DNA of 64,000 bases, taken from the human T2T-CHM13v2.0 reference genome, Homo sapiens. Positions 60,907-64,000 of the stretch are shown piece after piece. Under the pieces are notes generated by a model. It saw only the letters and a program-made list of their open reading frames with translations. It was not told where the DNA came from and ran no database searches. Position numbers and translations under genes: made by a program. The stretch is taken from the NCBI RefSeq assembly GCF_009914755.1, contig NC_060928.1. One strand, written 5' to 3'. The first letter of the stretch is position 1, and every line of letters starts with the position of its first letter.

Positions 60907-60964
60907 CAGGGGTCCCTGACCTCTGAGTCACAGCCTGGCAACGATAAAAGGTTGGGGACTGCTG
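60907..60964. mobile_element. 58-bp minimal MER1-type (hAT-Charlie) element
   Basis: Termini caggggtccc ... ggggactgctg; perfect 8-bp TSD ttttaaag at 60899-60906 and 60965-60972. Confidence 0.8.
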
Positions 60965-60970
60965 TTTTAA

Positions 60971-61281
<311 letters not shown>

Positions 61282-61299
61282 TTTATCTCCGCTTCTTAA

Positions 61300-62330
61300 A
61301 CTTCCATGTTTTACTTGGGCCAGCTGCAATTGCCTGTTAACTATCTCTTGCTTTTTATCTGTTTTTTTTTTTTTTCTTTTCTAAATTGACTAACAACAGG
61401 GCTCTTACTAAAACTCAAGGCTTTTCACATTGCTTTCCTGTTTTAAATTTTTTAATGTTCCTTATAATTTTCATAGTAAAGTTCTCTTTAACTGAGTCCA
61501 AGGATCTTCCATGATCTGGTCTATACTTATTTCAGGTTTCCCTCTCTGTCACTTTTCCAGATGCAACCGTTTGATCCAACTACCAGCAGTTCCAGAATAT
61601 CATGCTCTTTTGTTTCTCTATAGCTTTGCTACATTTCTTGTTTTAAATCTAATATTAATTTATTTTTTAAAACTAAGCTTACGCTTAACCTACCCAGAAA
61701 GCCTTTTGAGATACCACAGTCCAATTTGGATCCCTCTTGTTTGTGACACTATAATATCTTCCTTGTGTCTTTTAAAAACATTCAGGACTATTTCTTTGAA
61801 GTTATAGGTAACTAGTACTTGTGTCTTTGTCAAACCTAATAATCTTTCTCAGTATTACTCCTCCCTAAGCTCTTTGGGGAATCTGCTCCCTGGAACACCA
61901 GCTCTTGTTGAAACATACTCTCTTTGGTGTTCTGTGGGTCGTCACTCTCTAGATTTGCTCATCTGTCTCTTGCCACATCTGAATTCTTCCAGGCTCCTTG
62001 TCATCCTTCCTCTGTGGAACTAGGAGTGTTTCTTGCCATTCTATCTTTAGACTTCTAAACTTTTTTTCTACATATTCTCCCTGGAATATCATTTCTTATA
62101 TTTAGAACCACCACTTCTAAGGGATAAATCCTGTATCTTCATTTTTAATCCAGACTTGTGTTACATGATGCTTCACTATGACTTAAAACACTTTCACAAC
62201 ACTTATTGAAGTTTACCATTATGTATTTCTATAATTTATTATTGCTTGAATGACTCATTACACTGTAAATTGTATGGCTCATCATTGTATTTCTAGTTGC
62301 CTAGCACTGTGTCTAATACATACATACATA
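61300..62330 (+). mobile_element. L2 fragments
   Basis: ttccatgatctggtc, cattgtatttctagttgcctagcactgtgtctaataca. Confidence 0.5.
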
Positions 62331-62776
62331 CACACATATATATTATTGAGTACCTAATAATATATGTAATACATTATGTAATATTAACATATTTAATAAA
62401 TATATTAAATATTATTTATATGTAATAAATATGGTGTATTAGGTGCTCATTAGATGAATGCTAACCAGATATTAAAGGGAACTAACTTATTTGCGAACAG
62501 CATCGGTAAACAGTATCTCCATATTTTAAAGGGCTGTGCTATCACATGCATATGGGAATTGCTAAGATATCTCCCTTTTCCTGACTAGTTTTCCGACTTT
62601 TTTATACCATTAACCATTTTCAGGCTATATAAAGAAAGAAAGATTGATAGAAAAAAAGGGCTATAACGTGTGGTTGGGAGAATGTTTCCATCTATCTCAA
62701 GCCAAGTAAGGGAAGCTCTTTAGGAAAACCTTGAGCAGAGTTTTCAGAACTGGCATGTACAGTTACACAGGTAGTA

Positions 62777-62792
62777 TACTGCCCCCTAGGGG
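62777..62792 (-). promoter_or_regulatory. CTCF motif match
   Basis: Reverse strand CCCCTAGGGGGCAGTA, a close match to the CTCF core. Confidence 0.55.
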
Positions 62793-62811
62793 TGATAGTC
62801 ACATCATAGGC

Positions 62812-63191
62812 TGACATAGTTTGGTTATGTTCCCCTCAAATCTCATCTTGAATTGTAGTTCCCATAATCCCCATATGTCATGGGAAGCACCCATGACATA
62901 TAATTCAGGTAACTGAATTATGGGGGGTGGTTACCCCCATGCTGCTGTTCTCATGATAGTGAGTACTCATGAGACCTGATGGTTTTATAAGGGGCTTTTC
63001 CCCTTTTGCTTGGCACTTCTCTTCCTACTGCCATGTGAAGAAGGATGTGTTTGCTGCTTCTTCCACCATGATTGTAAGTTTCCTGAGGCTTGCCCAGCCA
63101 TGCTGAACTGTGAGTCAATTAAACCTCTTTCCTTTATAAGTTACCCAGTCTCAGGTACTTCTTCATAGCAGTGTGAGAACAGACTAATACA
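62812..63191 (+). mobile_element. THE1D-like 5' LTR (MaLR)
   Basis: tgacatagtttgg...caaatctcatcttgaattgtagttccc ... attaaacctctttcc...gaacagactaataca. Confidence 0.92.
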
Positions 63192-64000
63192 GTAAATTGG
63201 TAGCAGTAGAGTGGGGTGTTGCTGTAAGGATACCAGAAAATGTGGAAGCAACTTTGGAACTGGGTAATAGGCAGAGGCTGGAATAGTTTGAAGGACTCAG
63301 AAGACAGGAAAATGTGGGAAAGTTTGGAACTTCCTAGAGACTTGGAGGGCTCAAAAGACAGGAAGATGTGGGAAACTTTAGAACTTCTTAACTTGTTGAA
63401 CAGCTTTTACAAAAATGCTGATAGTGATATGGACAATGAAATCCAGGCTGAGCTGGTCTCAGATGGAGATGAGGAACTTGTTGGGAACTATAAAAGTTGT
63501 TCTTACTATGCTCTAACCAAGAGACTGGCAGCATTTTGCCCTTGCCCTAGAGATAGTGAAACTTTGAACTTGAGAGAGATCATTTAGGGTGTCTGGTGGA
63601 AGACATTTCTAAGCAGCAAAGTATTCGAGAGGAAACAGAGCATGAAAGTTTGGAAAATTTGCAGCCTGACAATGTGATAGAAAAGGAAAAACCCATTTTC
63701 TGGGGAGAAATTCAAGCCAGCTGCAGAAATTTGCATAAGTAATGAGGGGCCGAATGTTAATCACCAAGAGACAATGGGGAAAATGTCTCTAGGGCACGGC
63801 AGAGACCTTTGTGGCAGCACCTCCCATCACAGGCCTAGAGGCCTGGGGGGAGAAATGGTTTAGTGCCGCGGGCCCAGGGACCCCCTGCTCTGTGCAGCCT
63901 CGAGACGTGGTGCCCTGCATTCCAGCTGCTTAAGCTTCAGGTTCAGCCATGGTTAAAAGGGGCCAAGGTACAGCTTGGGCCAGATTAGTTCCCATAATCC
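63192..64000 (+). mobile_element. THE1-internal sequence, apparently deleted and joined to 3' LTR sequence at ~63986
   Basis: Starts gtaaattggtagcagtagagtgggg; MaLR ORF remnant 63240-63587; last 15 nt tagttcccataatcc are identical to LTR 62856-62870. Confidence 0.88.

Noticed and set aside
63288-63395. 54-bp tandem duplication in THE1-int giving a repeated peptide
   Set aside because: I recall this duplication being common in THE1 internal sequences; probably not locus-specific.

Overview
AT-rich, CpG-depleted primate genomic DNA, very likely human: it carries AluY/AluS/AluJ, L1PA, THE1D and MSTB elements. Most of the window is a layered pile of transposable-element fossils, and no intact multi-exon gene, RNA gene or CRISPR array is visible. 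Almost all long ORFs in the track are L1 ORF1/ORF2 remnants or Alu/low-complexity artefacts. Main observations: (1) a 3'UTR-only processed retrocopy of SOD1 mRNA split by a later L1PA insertion (40623-42229); (2) a full-length but dead L1PA2/L1PA3-type LINE-1 with an open antisense ORF0, inside an MSTB LTR that is itself inside an old L1MB; (3) one well-formed candidate internal exon (+, 48766-48839) of an unidentified host gene; (4) two local templated duplications and a double hairpin that look like template-switch scars; (5) an AluYd-lineage element; (6) three good CTCF-motif matches; (7) a repeat-free, enhancer-like block at ~7.2-8.0 kb. I found no convincing new biological system; these are candidate unannotated elements and rearrangement scars. 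Subfamily names come from recalled consensus features, and boundaries of old repeats are approximate.
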